A stretch of 64,000 bases of DNA from an uncultured Lachnospiraceae bacterium (GCA_902793845.1 CADBFE010000001.1:19221-83220); one strand, 5' to 3'; numbered from the stretch's first letter, positions 32,257 through 41,810 are shown. The notes: generated from the letters alone by a model not told the origin. A program made the numbers and translations.

Positions 32257-33474
32257 ATGTCTGAAATGAACACAGAGAATAACGATCAGGAAAAAGATCT
32301 TAATTCCGATATCGAGAAAGAGACAACTGAGGTTTCAGAAGATGCCGTAAAAGAGGCATCAGAGGAAAAAGGAGAAAAAGATAACAAAAAGGCACTCTAT
32401 ATAATAGAGGCATTAATCGCAGTACTTGCCATTGCGGTCATTGTGATATGTGTAGTCTTTCTGTCAAAGAAAAACAATGAAGGTGAAGGCGATGTGTCCG
32501 GCAATACCGCATCCCAGGGCCAGATCGGCACTGTATCAGGAGATGTACCGGGAGCTGCCGGCGCACCGGTAGTATACGATACAGATATATCAGCTATCAA
32601 TACCATCACAGAATCAGAGGCAGAGGCAAAGGTATCTGACGGAACGATGATGCGTATCGATACAGCAGACGGTAATTATGTATATGTAATAAACCTTGAG
32701 GACACAGATTACTTAAAGTCTCAGATTGAAGTATCTGACGAGGACGTTGAGGACTATATTTTCCAGGACCTCATGCAGTATTATACAGAGGATCCCGGAG
32801 ACAGAACTGTATGCCAGAAGTATGATACAGTCAGCATTAACTTTGCAGGATACCTTGACGGAGAACTCTTTGAAGGCGGATCTGCAGATGACCAGCAGGT
32901 AGCACTTGGTGCCGGCAATTTTATCCCCGGATTTGAGGAAGGCATCATCGGTATGGAAGTCGGCGAGGTAAAGGATATCACCGTGACATTCCCTGAGGAC
33001 TACGGTGCACCGGACCTTGCAGGCAAGGAAGCAGTATTTACAATTACATTAAATGAGATCGTATCACAGGTTTCTGAGCTCACAGATGATATCGTGGCTA
33101 CACACTTTACAGATATCACTACAGCTGATGAGTGCAGGGATTACTACAAGAGCCTCATCGTTGAGGAACAGGTATACGGTCTCGTAACAAAGGAATACTA
33201 CGTAAATCAGATCTCAGAGGAGACTGTAAAGACATATTACGATTCAACATATGACTACTACATGTCTATGGCTCAGATGTACGGTACAGACCTTGATACA
33301 CTGCTCTCATACTATGGCCAGACTACTGATACGTTCCTCGCAGACCTCATGGAGTCAGCAAAATCATCTGCATGTGTGGAGGCTATCTACAATGCGATCG
33401 GTGAGAACTACGGTATCACTGTAGATGATACAGAGGTTCAGGAACTCGCTACCCAGTATGGTTATGATCCTTGA
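32257..33474 (+). CDS. Membrane-anchored FKBP-type PPIase / trigger-factor-like protein; C-terminus apparently frameshifted
   Basis: One TM helix; FEGGSA...LGAGNFIPGFEEGIIGM...VTFPEDY...LAGKEAVF; stops abruptly at YGYDP while LDQKVLEYVTDLAK-stop continues in another frame (33470-33514). Confidence 0.8.
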   Translation: MSEMNTENNDQEKDLNSDIEKETTEVSEDAVKEASEEKGEKDNKKALYIIEALIAVLAIAVIVICVVFLSKKNNEGEGDVSGNTASQGQIGTVSGDVPGAAGAPVVYDTDISAINTITESEAEAKVSDGTMMRIDTADGNYVYVINLEDTDYLKSQIEVSDEDVEDYIFQDLMQYYTEDPGDRTVCQKYDTVSINFAGYLDGELFEGGSADDQQVALGAGNFIPGFEEGIIGMEVGEVKDITVTFPEDYGAPDLAGKEAVFTITLNEIVSQVSELTDDIVATHFTDITTADECRDYYKSLIVEEQVYGLVTKEYYVNQISEETVKTYYDSTYDYYMSMAQMYGTDLDTLLSYYGQTTDTFLADLMESAKSSACVEAIYNAIGENYGITVDDTEVQELATQYGYDP

Positions 33475-33545
33475 TCAGAAGGTACTTGAGTACGTAACAG
33501 ATTTAGCTAAATAAACTTTTGGTTCTATTCGTATAAAATGTTCGT

Positions 33546-33603
33546 AAAAAATATGGGTTCCGATGCTGAGCACTAGCGCAATGCATCGGAACCCATATTT
33601 TTT
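33546..33603. repeat. REP-like palindrome, copy 3
   Basis: 56/58 identical to 30135-30192 (loop TGAGCACTAGCGCAAT); at the left edge of the island. Confidence 0.88.
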
Positions 33604-33627
33604 ATACATCATGGTATAATTATTTTT

Positions 33628-34050
33628 ATGATAAATGAAGAACTGATCAATAAAATTAAAGAACTGGGCTTTGAGGTGACGCCGGATTTTCGAGGTGATC
33701 TGAAAGTCTTCAGTGAGGAAATACCTACAGAAGATATAATCATAAAAATCTTTCTATTGCTGACTATTGATGAAGAAATTTTTTTCTGGAGTGATATAGA
33801 CAGAGGAGGCATCGATCCGGGGTGCTATTACAGCGTATATCCTGCAGGAGACGGCATGGTATATAACCTCGGAAATCATGGATGGTCCTCAGGTTATAAG
33901 AGGGCGACTATGGATGCCATGGCACATATAATAGTAAAGAACTGGGATAAATATTATGATGCGAGGACACAGGAGTTTCGTAAATATATAATGATCAAAA
34001 AGAATATGTTCCCTAACGGAGAAAAAAACAGACTATTAAAGGTGCAGTGA
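33628..34050 (+). CDS. Hypothetical protein
   Basis: 140-aa ORF whose end overlaps the next gene; no motif recognised. Confidence 0.6.
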   Translation: MINEELINKIKELGFEVTPDFRGDLKVFSEEIPTEDIIIKIFLLLTIDEEIFFWSDIDRGGIDPGCYYSVYPAGDGMVYNLGNHGWSSGYKRATMDAMAHIIVKNWDKYYDARTQEFRKYIMIKKNMFPNGEKNRLLKVQ

Positions 34051-34529
34051 TGACATTCAGACTGATAAATGAAAATGATGATGCCGTGATGGCAGAGATC
34101 ATCAGGAGAAAACTAAAGAAAAATAAACTGGATATCCCGGGTACGGCATATTATGATGCAGGTCTCGATAAATTAAGTGAAATGTATGGAGGACCTGACT
34201 GCAATTATTACGTGGTCTGTGATGATGACGGCAGAGTAGTCGGCGGGATAGGCTATGCGAAACTACCTTTTATGAAGGATACTGCAGAACTGCAAAAACT
34301 GTATCTGGATGAATCGGTACAGGGAGGCGGATTTGCATACAGGATGGTCAGCTTCATAGAGGACAAGATGAGAGAGGCAGGATATAAAGCATCATATCTG
34401 GAGACTCATGACAACTTGCAGGCAGCCATACATATATACGAAAAGAGTGGCTACAGGGATATTGAAAAACCCAAAGAGATCGTCCACTCGGCGATGACGA
34501 GGTTTATGAAGAAAGTAATCACGGAGTAA
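34047..34529 (+). CDS. GNAT N-acetyltransferase (YjgM-like)
   Basis: AELQKLYL...QGGG, YLETHDNLQAAIHIYEKSGY. Confidence 0.85.
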   Translation: MMTFRLINENDDAVMAEIIRRKLKKNKLDIPGTAYYDAGLDKLSEMYGGPDCNYYVVCDDDGRVVGGIGYAKLPFMKDTAELQKLYLDESVQGGGFAYRMVSFIEDKMREAGYKASYLETHDNLQAAIHIYEKSGYRDIEKPKEIVHSAMTRFMKKVITE

Positions 34530-34534
34530 AAGAT

Positions 34535-35074
34535 ATGCGTGAAGGAATGAGATTAGTATTTCCTACGATAGATTATAAAGATAAAGCAATTGAATACATA
34601 AATGAGTTTTATGAATATAACTCGGAAATAAACGGCAGCGGATCACTCGATAGGTTTCTAAAGGAATCTACATATGAAAAATGGCTTGAAAAGCTGGTAT
34701 ATGCGATGGATATAGCCAATATGCAGGAAAACAAAGTACCTGATCTGACATATTTTTATGTACGTGAATCTGATGACAGAATCGTTGGGACGATAAATAT
34801 ACGATTGGCATTAAATGATTTCCTTCGTAAAGAGGGAGGACATATCGGATATTCTGTTAGACCGACAGAGAGAAGGAAAGGCTTTGGAACAGATATGCTG
34901 GCAGAAGGTATAAAGGTCTGTGAGAGTATAGGAATACATGAAGTGCTGGTGTCCTGTGATAAAGAGAATATTGCGTCATCAGGGGTAATTAAGAACTGCG
35001 GCGGAGTACTAAAAGTCGAATTCTACAGTCAGACTTACGATGAGATTCTGCAGATGTATGTGATAAAGTGCTAA
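34535..35074 (+). CDS. GNAT N-acetyltransferase
   Basis: GGHIGYSVRPTERRKGFG, CDKENIASSGVIKNCGG. Confidence 0.88.
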   Translation: MREGMRLVFPTIDYKDKAIEYINEFYEYNSEINGSGSLDRFLKESTYEKWLEKLVYAMDIANMQENKVPDLTYFYVRESDDRIVGTINIRLALNDFLRKEGGHIGYSVRPTERRKGFGTDMLAEGIKVCESIGIHEVLVSCDKENIASSGVIKNCGGVLKVEFYSQTYDEILQMYVIKC

Positions 35075-35101
35075 TTACTTTGGAATTGTATAACATGGAG
35101 A

Positions 35102-35899
35102 ATGAAAATGTTTTTCTTTAAAAGAAAGAAATCAGAACTTGATAAAAAAACAATTAAAGAAATAATTGATGCTGCCGATTGGATTATCGAATCATGTAAT
35201 AAGCCGGCTAAAACCGATTATGAAAAATCAGAAACTGAAAAAATAGAATCTGAAAAATCAAAATCATCCAATGAGGCAATTAAATATAGTTTAGCACGCC
35301 CGGTTACACTTAATACCGGATTAATTAGTGATTATTCAGAAGAACGAAAAGAAGGAATATTCAACGATTTATCTGATAAATCCGATAAAGACGTAATCGA
35401 AGAAAAAAGTGTAAATAAAGAAGCCGAATCCTCTGAATCTGAGAAAAAAAGCAATAAAAATGACGGTGTCAGGTACAGTTTAAATGATAATTATACAAGT
35501 GATTTTAATTGGCAGGACGACTACCTCGACCATATTGATAAATTATTAAAAGCATCAAAAAAAGTTGAGACATTTTCAGATAAAATAGAAAAATTTATAA
35601 AATTGAAAGGCTTAACAAGTGTTCAATTTTATAAAGCCGCAGACATAGACAGAAAAGTATATTCTGCTATGCGGAATACCCCCAATTATCAGCCTAAAAA
35701 AGAAACAGCCATAGCATGCTGTTTTGGACTGAAACTAAATCTGGAAGAGGCAGAAGATTTATTAAAATCAGCAGGGTATTCCTTGTCTACATCTATAAGG
35801 AGAGACGTTATTATCAGATATTGTCTGGATCTTAATAAATTTTCAATATTTGATATTAATGAGATTTTAGATGCAGCAGGAGAGAAGACTCTTCGGTAA
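35102..35899 (+). CDS. Putative XRE-like HTH regulator with charged low-complexity N-terminus
   Basis: C-terminal FYKAADIDRKVYSAMR...PKKETAIACCFGLKLNLEEAEDLLKSAGYSLS resembles the Firmicutes HTH domain often fused to macro domains (recalled). Confidence 0.7.
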   Translation: MKMFFFKRKKSELDKKTIKEIIDAADWIIESCNKPAKTDYEKSETEKIESEKSKSSNEAIKYSLARPVTLNTGLISDYSEERKEGIFNDLSDKSDKDVIEEKSVNKEAESSESEKKSNKNDGVRYSLNDNYTSDFNWQDDYLDHIDKLLKASKKVETFSDKIEKFIKLKGLTSVQFYKAADIDRKVYSAMRNTPNYQPKKETAIACCFGLKLNLEEAEDLLKSAGYSLSTSIRRDVIIRYCLDLNKFSIFDINEILDAAGEKTLR

Positions 35900-35920
35900 A
35901 TCATCTTTTTAGAAACAAGT

Positions 35921-35967
35921 AAGCACGGTTGAACGGCAATTGGAACCCGATAGAACCGTGCTTTTTT
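35921..35967 (+). terminator. Terminator-like inverted repeat after the XRE gene
   Basis: AAGCACGGTT (35921-30) / AACCGTGCTT (35954-63) followed by a T run; long 23-nt loop. Confidence 0.5.
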
Positions 35968-35980
35968 AGTTTCAAAATAT

Positions 35981-35997
35981 GTCTTTTTGTAAAAGAC
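35981..35997. promoter_or_regulatory. Palindrome, candidate operator
   Basis: GTCTTTT-TGT-AAAAGAC between the XRE gene and the AAA operon. Confidence 0.3.
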
Positions 35998-36022
35998 CAC
36001 TTGGAAGACCCAATGAGCTAAT

Positions 36023-36199
36023 ATGGAATTAGCAACAGAAAGGATAATGCATATGGAAACTGATTATGAAAAACAATTTATTGAAATATTGCGATCTGAA
36101 AATCTGGATTATGAATATGTGAAAAAACTTTTACATACAGTAGGGGTAAAAGGGGGAGTTATGGGATTTTTACAATTTTTATCAAAGTCCAATATATAG
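36023..36199 (+). CDS. Possible small ORF (58 aa, below the track cutoff)
   Basis: MELATERIMHMETDYEKQF...SKSNI-stop; AAGGA precedes the in-frame ATG at 36053; no motif. Confidence 0.3.
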   Translation: MELATERIMHMETDYEKQFIEILRSENLDYEYVKKLLHTVGVKGGVMGFLQFLSKSNI

Positions 36200-36241
36200 T
36201 ACATGAATATTTATATTCTAATGATGAGGTAAAGGAATTAT

Positions 36242-37342
36242 ATGAGAGCAATACAAACAGGAAGTATATTTAAAATATTCGATGATAGTCTTAAGACTTA
36301 TGATCAGTTGCCAGTAAAGACATACATGGTTGGATATACCCAGCAGGAAGGATGTTTTCTGATTCAACATCCTAATATTGTTGTGACTGAGAAAACATAT
36401 GGAATTCATAATAGTAAAGTGAAGAAGGTTATGAATTCGTTTGAAAACTATGAAAGAAGCCTTGGCATAATTCTTAGTGGTGATAAGGGTATTGGCAAAA
36501 CGATTTTTGCTAAGTTAATTTGTCAAAATGCATTATCGAAAGGTTTACCTGTGATTATCGTGGACTCATGCTTGCCTGGGGTAGCAAGATTTATTGAATC
36601 AATTGAGCAAGAGTGTGTGATTATGTTTGATGAATTTGATAAGATATTCAGAAGTGGAAGAAATCGGGATGATGATGATGATCAAGCGGCATTGCTTAGT
36701 TTGTTTGATGGAACAGCGGGTGGAAAGAAACTTTTCATTGTGACTTGTAATGAGTTATATGGTCTCAATGAGTATATTGTGAACCGTCCCGGACGTTTCC
36801 ATTACCATTTCAGATTTGAATATCCTTCTACTCAAGATATCAAAGAATATCTATCAGATAAACTAAATTCACAATATTCAGACGAAATTGAAAAAGTGGT
36901 AGGGTTTGCGCAGAAGATTAATCTTAACTATGACTGTTTGAGAGCTATTGCCTTTGAATTGAATCAGGGGATTCCGTTTAAGGAGGCTGTGGCAGACTTA
37001 AACATCCTTAATATTAACAGGGAAGAGTACAAGGTAATTCTTTATTATGAGGATGGGACTATACTTCATAATTATCATTTTTCAACAAATTTATTTGATA
37101 ACAATGGTTGCTGGACTTGGGTAGATTTATACGACGACAAAGGTGAGGAGATTGTCAGCGTGAGATATGACAAAGAACTTGCAACTTATGACATTGCTCA
37201 TAATACAACAGTGATTCAGGGAGATACATTATTGCTTGAGTATGAGTGTGATGCCGACGATGAAAAATTGTATAAGAATAAAAAGCCATTACACATCACT
37301 TTTGCTAAATGCAATGTTCGAAATTTACATTACATTGTTTAA
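36242..37342 (+). CDS. AAA+ ATPase
   Basis: Walker A GDKGIGKT, Walker B VIMFDE, NRPGRF arginine-finger region; AAAGGA RBS. Confidence 0.88.
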   Translation: MRAIQTGSIFKIFDDSLKTYDQLPVKTYMVGYTQQEGCFLIQHPNIVVTEKTYGIHNSKVKKVMNSFENYERSLGIILSGDKGIGKTIFAKLICQNALSKGLPVIIVDSCLPGVARFIESIEQECVIMFDEFDKIFRSGRNRDDDDDQAALLSLFDGTAGGKKLFIVTCNELYGLNEYIVNRPGRFHYHFRFEYPSTQDIKEYLSDKLNSQYSDEIEKVVGFAQKINLNYDCLRAIAFELNQGIPFKEAVADLNILNINREEYKVILYYEDGTILHNYHFSTNLFDNNGCWTWVDLYDDKGEEIVSVRYDKELATYDIAHNTTVIQGDTLLLEYECDADDEKLYKNKKPLHITFAKCNVRNLHYIV

Positions 37343-37355
37343 GGAGGATAACATT

Positions 37356-39098
37356 ATGCCAAATTTTATTGAACATATTGGTTTTGACGAATTTATAAAT
37401 AGAGAAAAGGATATTACTGGGTTAGTTGGCTATGCTATTGAGAATGGAAAACCAGTGATTGGATACTACGGACATCCATATATTAATTATCATGATGGGG
37501 ATGCACAATTTATAATAAGAACTCGTATTAATCAGGAAAATAAGAAAATCGAAGTTGTTGGGTTTGATACTCATGGTGATGGCAACTCTGTATGGAAGGT
37601 TAGATTGCATGAAATAAATATAGATGATAGTGATGATCCTACTAGTAAGCGTGTATGTGTAACAAGAGAAGATGGGTCAGGATTGACCGTAATAAATATT
37701 GTTAATGCTGATGTCCTGCCTAGTTTTGCCAAGGATGAAATATATAGTTTGCAGATGATAGCGTTCCCAATTGATATAAAATATTACGAGTCAAGTGATG
37801 ATTATGAGGAAGATGAAAAATTAAACGTTGATGGAAAAAATTGGCTACTTGGAGAGGGGACAGTCTTTCCTTTGGGCTTTATGTCAAATCATATGTTATC
37901 AGAAGATGGCGATATTGATGAAATAAAGAAAATTGATCCTAAACAGGATGATGTAGTAGTTGTTCGTGGAGTTGTAAAAAGTCTTTATTATGGTGTGTTA
38001 CAAAATGGAGAAGAAAAGGTTAGGGCATATATTAGATGTATTGTAGAAACCGCATATGGTGACCTTGAAATAGATCATGGATTTAACGCTGTTGATGAAG
38101 AACAACGAAAAAACATAAAAATTGGGTCAACGGTTGTGGCGATGGTTGTTTTGTCAGGAGATGCAGCTATCTACGAATATTCCGATGGTTTTGTTAAGGA
38201 TGAAGAGCATAATCTTAGACTACTTCGATATACATTTATTAATGGGGATCCTGAGAGGTTGAGATTAGTTTTATCAGAAGATGCTGAATATTATTCGGAT
38301 TCAAATGGAAAAAACTATAAGGGAAAGGAAGAGATTATTTCAAGAATTAAGTATGTTCAGGAAAATGGAAAACATAAATATTATGCACATATGGCGAAAA
38401 TAACTTCGGTTGACGATAATGGTGCTTCAGATTTAATTTATCCGGTTGGAACAAAGTGCGTGATTTTGGCATCTGAAGACAGTAATAATTTTGAATCAAT
38501 AGCGTTTGTGACAACAAATAGCCAGGGATATATTACTAAGATACATACATCTATGGATAGTAATTATCATTTTAAGGTTGAGGAATTGCCCAATATAAGT
38601 GATGATATCAAAATTCCTGAATCATACCAGGAAAGAATGATATTAAGGGCTAGATATCATGGCTTCCATGACTGTTCAACTGATGAAATGCTTGAAAAAG
38701 TACATGTTTCTAGTCGGGATGAAGAAGTAATAAAAATGTTTATTTCTGAAAAATTATTATGTAAGGGGCCGATAAAACCAGAAATTGCCGAGAATATCTT
38801 TGGATATATTTTTGCAAAAGGAATAGAAGACAATGCTTTCCCAGTAATGAATCATGTTCCATCTTTTGAAAATTGTTTTAATGCTTCAGATGGTATTTTT
38901 GATGCAAAAGCAGGGGGAAAGCTAAAAGAAAAATTGGAGTATGCGATGAACAAAGGGAAGCAATTCTTAAAGGATTACAATGATATTTCTGATTCCAAGG
39001 ATATATTTATCGATGAAATAGCAGAGGCACTCAAATATGTTTATGCTTTAGCAAAAGAATGTGCACAGAGTTATTTGAAAGAGTTGGAAGAAAATTAA
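37356..39098 (+). CDS. Hypothetical 580-aa acidic protein
   Basis: AAGGAGG RBS before ATG 37356 (the track start 37236 overlaps the upstream gene); no motif recognised. Confidence 0.8.
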   Translation: MPNFIEHIGFDEFINREKDITGLVGYAIENGKPVIGYYGHPYINYHDGDAQFIIRTRINQENKKIEVVGFDTHGDGNSVWKVRLHEINIDDSDDPTSKRVCVTREDGSGLTVINIVNADVLPSFAKDEIYSLQMIAFPIDIKYYESSDDYEEDEKLNVDGKNWLLGEGTVFPLGFMSNHMLSEDGDIDEIKKIDPKQDDVVVVRGVVKSLYYGVLQNGEEKVRAYIRCIVETAYGDLEIDHGFNAVDEEQRKNIKIGSTVVAMVVLSGDAAIYEYSDGFVKDEEHNLRLLRYTFINGDPERLRLVLSEDAEYYSDSNGKNYKGKEEIISRIKYVQENGKHKYYAHMAKITSVDDNGASDLIYPVGTKCVILASEDSNNFESIAFVTTNSQGYITKIHTSMDSNYHFKVEELPNISDDIKIPESYQERMILRARYHGFHDCSTDEMLEKVHVSSRDEEVIKMFISEKLLCKGPIKPEIAENIFGYIFAKGIEDNAFPVMNHVPSFENCFNASDGIFDAKAGGKLKEKLEYAMNKGKQFLKDYNDISDSKDIFIDEIAEALKYVYALAKECAQSYLKELEEN

Positions 39099-39125
39099 AT
39101 GTTTATAGAGATTAGGTAGAAATAT

Positions 39126-40232
39126 ATGATTGAACGAAGAGTAAATACTTCTCAGATGCCGGTTTCGAAGTTTGAGAATAAATTCGTAAATGTATATACA
39201 AAATTGATAGAATCAGGAACTTCATTTAAGCTGTTTCCGTCGGTAATGTTATGGGGGCCTCCTGGAGTTGGTAAATCTCAGGCTGTAAAGCATATTGCAG
39301 AAAAAGTTTCCGATAAAACAGGTAAAAAAGTTTCGGTTACTGACGTCAGACTTTTGCTTTTTAATCCCATAGATCTTCGTGGTATTCCGACTGCAAATGC
39401 AGATAAGACATTGGCGGTATGGCTCAAACCCAAAATCTTTCAAATGGATGATAGTAAAGATGTAGTTAATATTCTGTTCTTGGATGAAATATCTGCAGCA
39501 CCTCCATCAGTACAGGCGGCTGCGTATCAAATTGTTTTAGACAGAACAATAGGAGAACATGAACTTCCTGATAATTGTATTGTTATTGCGGCGGGAAATC
39601 GTGTTACAGATAAATCTGTAGCGTACGCAATGCCTAAAGCGTTGGCAAATCGTCTTATGCACATAGAAGTTGTGGGAGAACCACTTGGATGGCGGGAGTG
39701 GGCAACTTCCCATAATATACACCCGTATGTAATAGGTTTTATAAATTACAGTCCGGCAATGCTTATGGGATTTGATCCGTCATTGGAAGACCTAGCATTT
39801 CCGACACCGAGATCATGGGAAATGGTTAGTAATATTTTGAATTATATTTCAGATAATCTTGATGAAGTTATGCCACTTATTTCAGGATGTATTGGAAGTG
39901 ATACGGCTTATAGTCTGAAATCGTGGACTGAAATGTATGAGGTGATTCCGGAAATAACTGAGATACTTGATGGAAAACACAAGGATATTCCAACACGTCC
40001 GGAAATAGCTTTGGCTTTGATGTCTCAGATGGGAATGTATTTACGTGAACATCATAGTGTTGAAGAGGTAAAGAATGCCCTTGATTTTGTATTCAATATG
40101 CCTATTGAATACAGAAGTCAGGCCTTAGTGGATTTTCTTGCGGTAAAAGAAATCCATGGATTATTAAGAAATGATGATCGTTATTGCAACTGGTTTCTAC
40201 GTTCAGGAAGATATTGGGAAGACTATGCATGA
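39126..40232 (+). CDS. MoxR-like AAA+ ATPase (DUF2201-partner type)
   Basis: Walker A GPPGVGKS, DLRGIP, Walker B LFLDE, AAGNR, ALANR, PTPRSWE. Confidence 0.88.
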   Translation: MIERRVNTSQMPVSKFENKFVNVYTKLIESGTSFKLFPSVMLWGPPGVGKSQAVKHIAEKVSDKTGKKVSVTDVRLLLFNPIDLRGIPTANADKTLAVWLKPKIFQMDDSKDVVNILFLDEISAAPPSVQAAAYQIVLDRTIGEHELPDNCIVIAAGNRVTDKSVAYAMPKALANRLMHIEVVGEPLGWREWATSHNIHPYVIGFINYSPAMLMGFDPSLEDLAFPTPRSWEMVSNILNYISDNLDEVMPLISGCIGSDTAYSLKSWTEMYEVIPEITEILDGKHKDIPTRPEIALALMSQMGMYLREHHSVEEVKNALDFVFNMPIEYRSQALVDFLAVKEIHGLLRNDDRYCNWFLRSGRYWEDYA

Positions 40233-41602
40233 ATATGACCAAACTTCGTAGACAAAGATTGAAGTATAAAATTCAGGATGCAAGAGCAGAGTTATTGATG
40301 GAAAAGCCTTTCTATGGACTGCTACTGATGTATTTAAAATTTGTAGCTGTTGATAATATAAGGAATATTTCAACAAACGGAAGATGCGTGTATTTTTGCC
40401 CTGCATTTATAGAAAAACTTACATTATACGAATTGCAGTTTGTTCTATGTCATCAGGTTATGCATATATTAAACGGTGATATATGGCGAGATGTTGCTTT
40501 TGCTGGTGATGAGTATCACAGGGCATTTGACATAGTGATAAATCGTGAATTGCTAAAACGAGGATGGAATGTTTCAGGACTAACGCATCTTGGGAAATTA
40601 CAGTATACTATTCCACAAAGTCGGTACAAACTGGATGAACTGAATGCGTATGAGATATACCAATGTTTTCCGTTCAAATTGAAAATGCTTGATGATAGGA
40701 CTCGAAAGCGTTATATGGCAGATTCAGATTTTTGGTGGGATTATAAGGATGAAAATGGATTTGAAGGTATAACAATTATTGATTTACCGAAGATAACTAA
40801 ATGGGCCGATAAACCGATTGGCTTAAATGGTGAGACTATTGAAGATGTGGATGGAAATGCAGGAAATGGTGGTACGAGTTCGGACATTTCAGGAAGCGCA
40901 AACATAGAAATACTAAAAAGTGAACTGCTTGCTGATTTTTGGGAAAATAGAGCACAGCTTGCTATGCAGGCTTCGCGAGGTCAAAATAGAGGTAAGGGTG
41001 TAGGTGATATGCCAGATTCGGCCAAACGAGCAATGGACAAACGTCATAAAAGCAAAACTGACTGGAGAGATCTTCTCAACACTTTTGTACAGGAAGAGAT
41101 TACGGATTATTCTTTTGCTCCACCGGATAGACGATTTATGGATTCGGATTTCTTTTTACCAGATTTCAATGAAAAAGAGGCAAATATTAAAGATATTCTT
41201 TTTATGGCTGATACATCGGCTTCTATTGATCGGCATGAACTCGGAGTTGTTTATTCGGAAATTAAAAGTGCAATAGAACAATTTAATGGCAAGATTAGCG
41301 GAAAATTGGGATTCTTTGATGCGGCAGTGACTCCACCGATTTTATTTGAGAGCGTAAAAGATTTGGAGAAAATTATACCCTATGGTGGTGGAGGTACAGA
41401 TTTCAGAGCAATCTTCAAGTATATAAATAAAGAAATGCAAGATTGTTTACCGTCTGCGATAGTTATTTTTACAGATGGAGACGGACCATATCCGGAAGAG
41501 CAGGATATTCCGAATGTTCCGGTTCTTTGGTTAATTAATAATGATGAAGAAAAGCCACCATTTGGTAAAGTAGCAAGAATATTACCTGATCACTATAATT
41601 GA
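40229..41602 (+). CDS. DUF2201-like metallopeptidase-fold + vWA domain protein
   Basis: ATG overlaps the upstream TGA (ATGA); N-terminal PFYG..STNG..HQVMH; C-terminal MIDAS DTSAS, GGGTDF, FTDG. Confidence 0.85.
   Translation: MNMTKLRRQRLKYKIQDARAELLMEKPFYGLLLMYLKFVAVDNIRNISTNGRCVYFCPAFIEKLTLYELQFVLCHQVMHILNGDIWRDVAFAGDEYHRAFDIVINRELLKRGWNVSGLTHLGKLQYTIPQSRYKLDELNAYEIYQCFPFKLKMLDDRTRKRYMADSDFWWDYKDENGFEGITIIDLPKITKWADKPIGLNGETIEDVDGNAGNGGTSSDISGSANIEILKSELLADFWENRAQLAMQASRGQNRGKGVGDMPDSAKRAMDKRHKSKTDWRDLLNTFVQEEITDYSFAPPDRRFMDSDFFLPDFNEKEANIKDILFMADTSASIDRHELGVVYSEIKSAIEQFNGKISGKLGFFDAAVTPPILFESVKDLEKIIPYGGGGTDFRAIFKYINKEMQDCLPSAIVIFTDGDGPYPEEQDIPNVPVLWLINNDEEKPPFGKVARILPDHYN
41594..41599 (+). 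promoter_or_regulatory. Possible -10 box for the retron ncRNA inside the vWA gene 3' end
   Basis: Perfect TATAAT 18 nt upstream of the first inverted repeat; -35 position weak (TAGCAA). Confidence 0.4.
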
Positions 41603-41616
41603 TTAGGGTGATATAT

Positions 41617-41785
41617 ACACGGAACTCTAGTGTAGCCGGCTAGTGCTGGCATGTTCAGCGATTCGCTGTTCGTAAAATAATCTTTGTTACATTTAATGGC
41701 ATCTGCTTCAACGTAGCAGAAGGCACGCTGACACGTGCTTATCTACGCCTTCGCAGAAGCGATATATAACTGTTTTGTTCCGTGT
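41617..41785 (+). ncRNA. Retron msr-msd ncRNA
   Basis: Terminal inverted repeats ACACGGAAC (41617-25) / GTTCCGTGT (41777-85); two short msr-type hairpins (41635-50, 41656-68); long imperfect msd-type hairpin 41696-41763; ends just before the RT RBS (AAGGAGG 41796-802). Confidence 0.82.
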
Positions 41786-41810
41786 GAGACCATGAAAGGA
41801 GGGTGGAAAA

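Noticed and set aside
33470-33630. attL duplicate of the tRNA-Leu 3' end
   Set aside because: No match to TGCCGGCTGCGGGACTTGAAC seen near the left boundary, so the island cannot be called an intact ICE or prophage.
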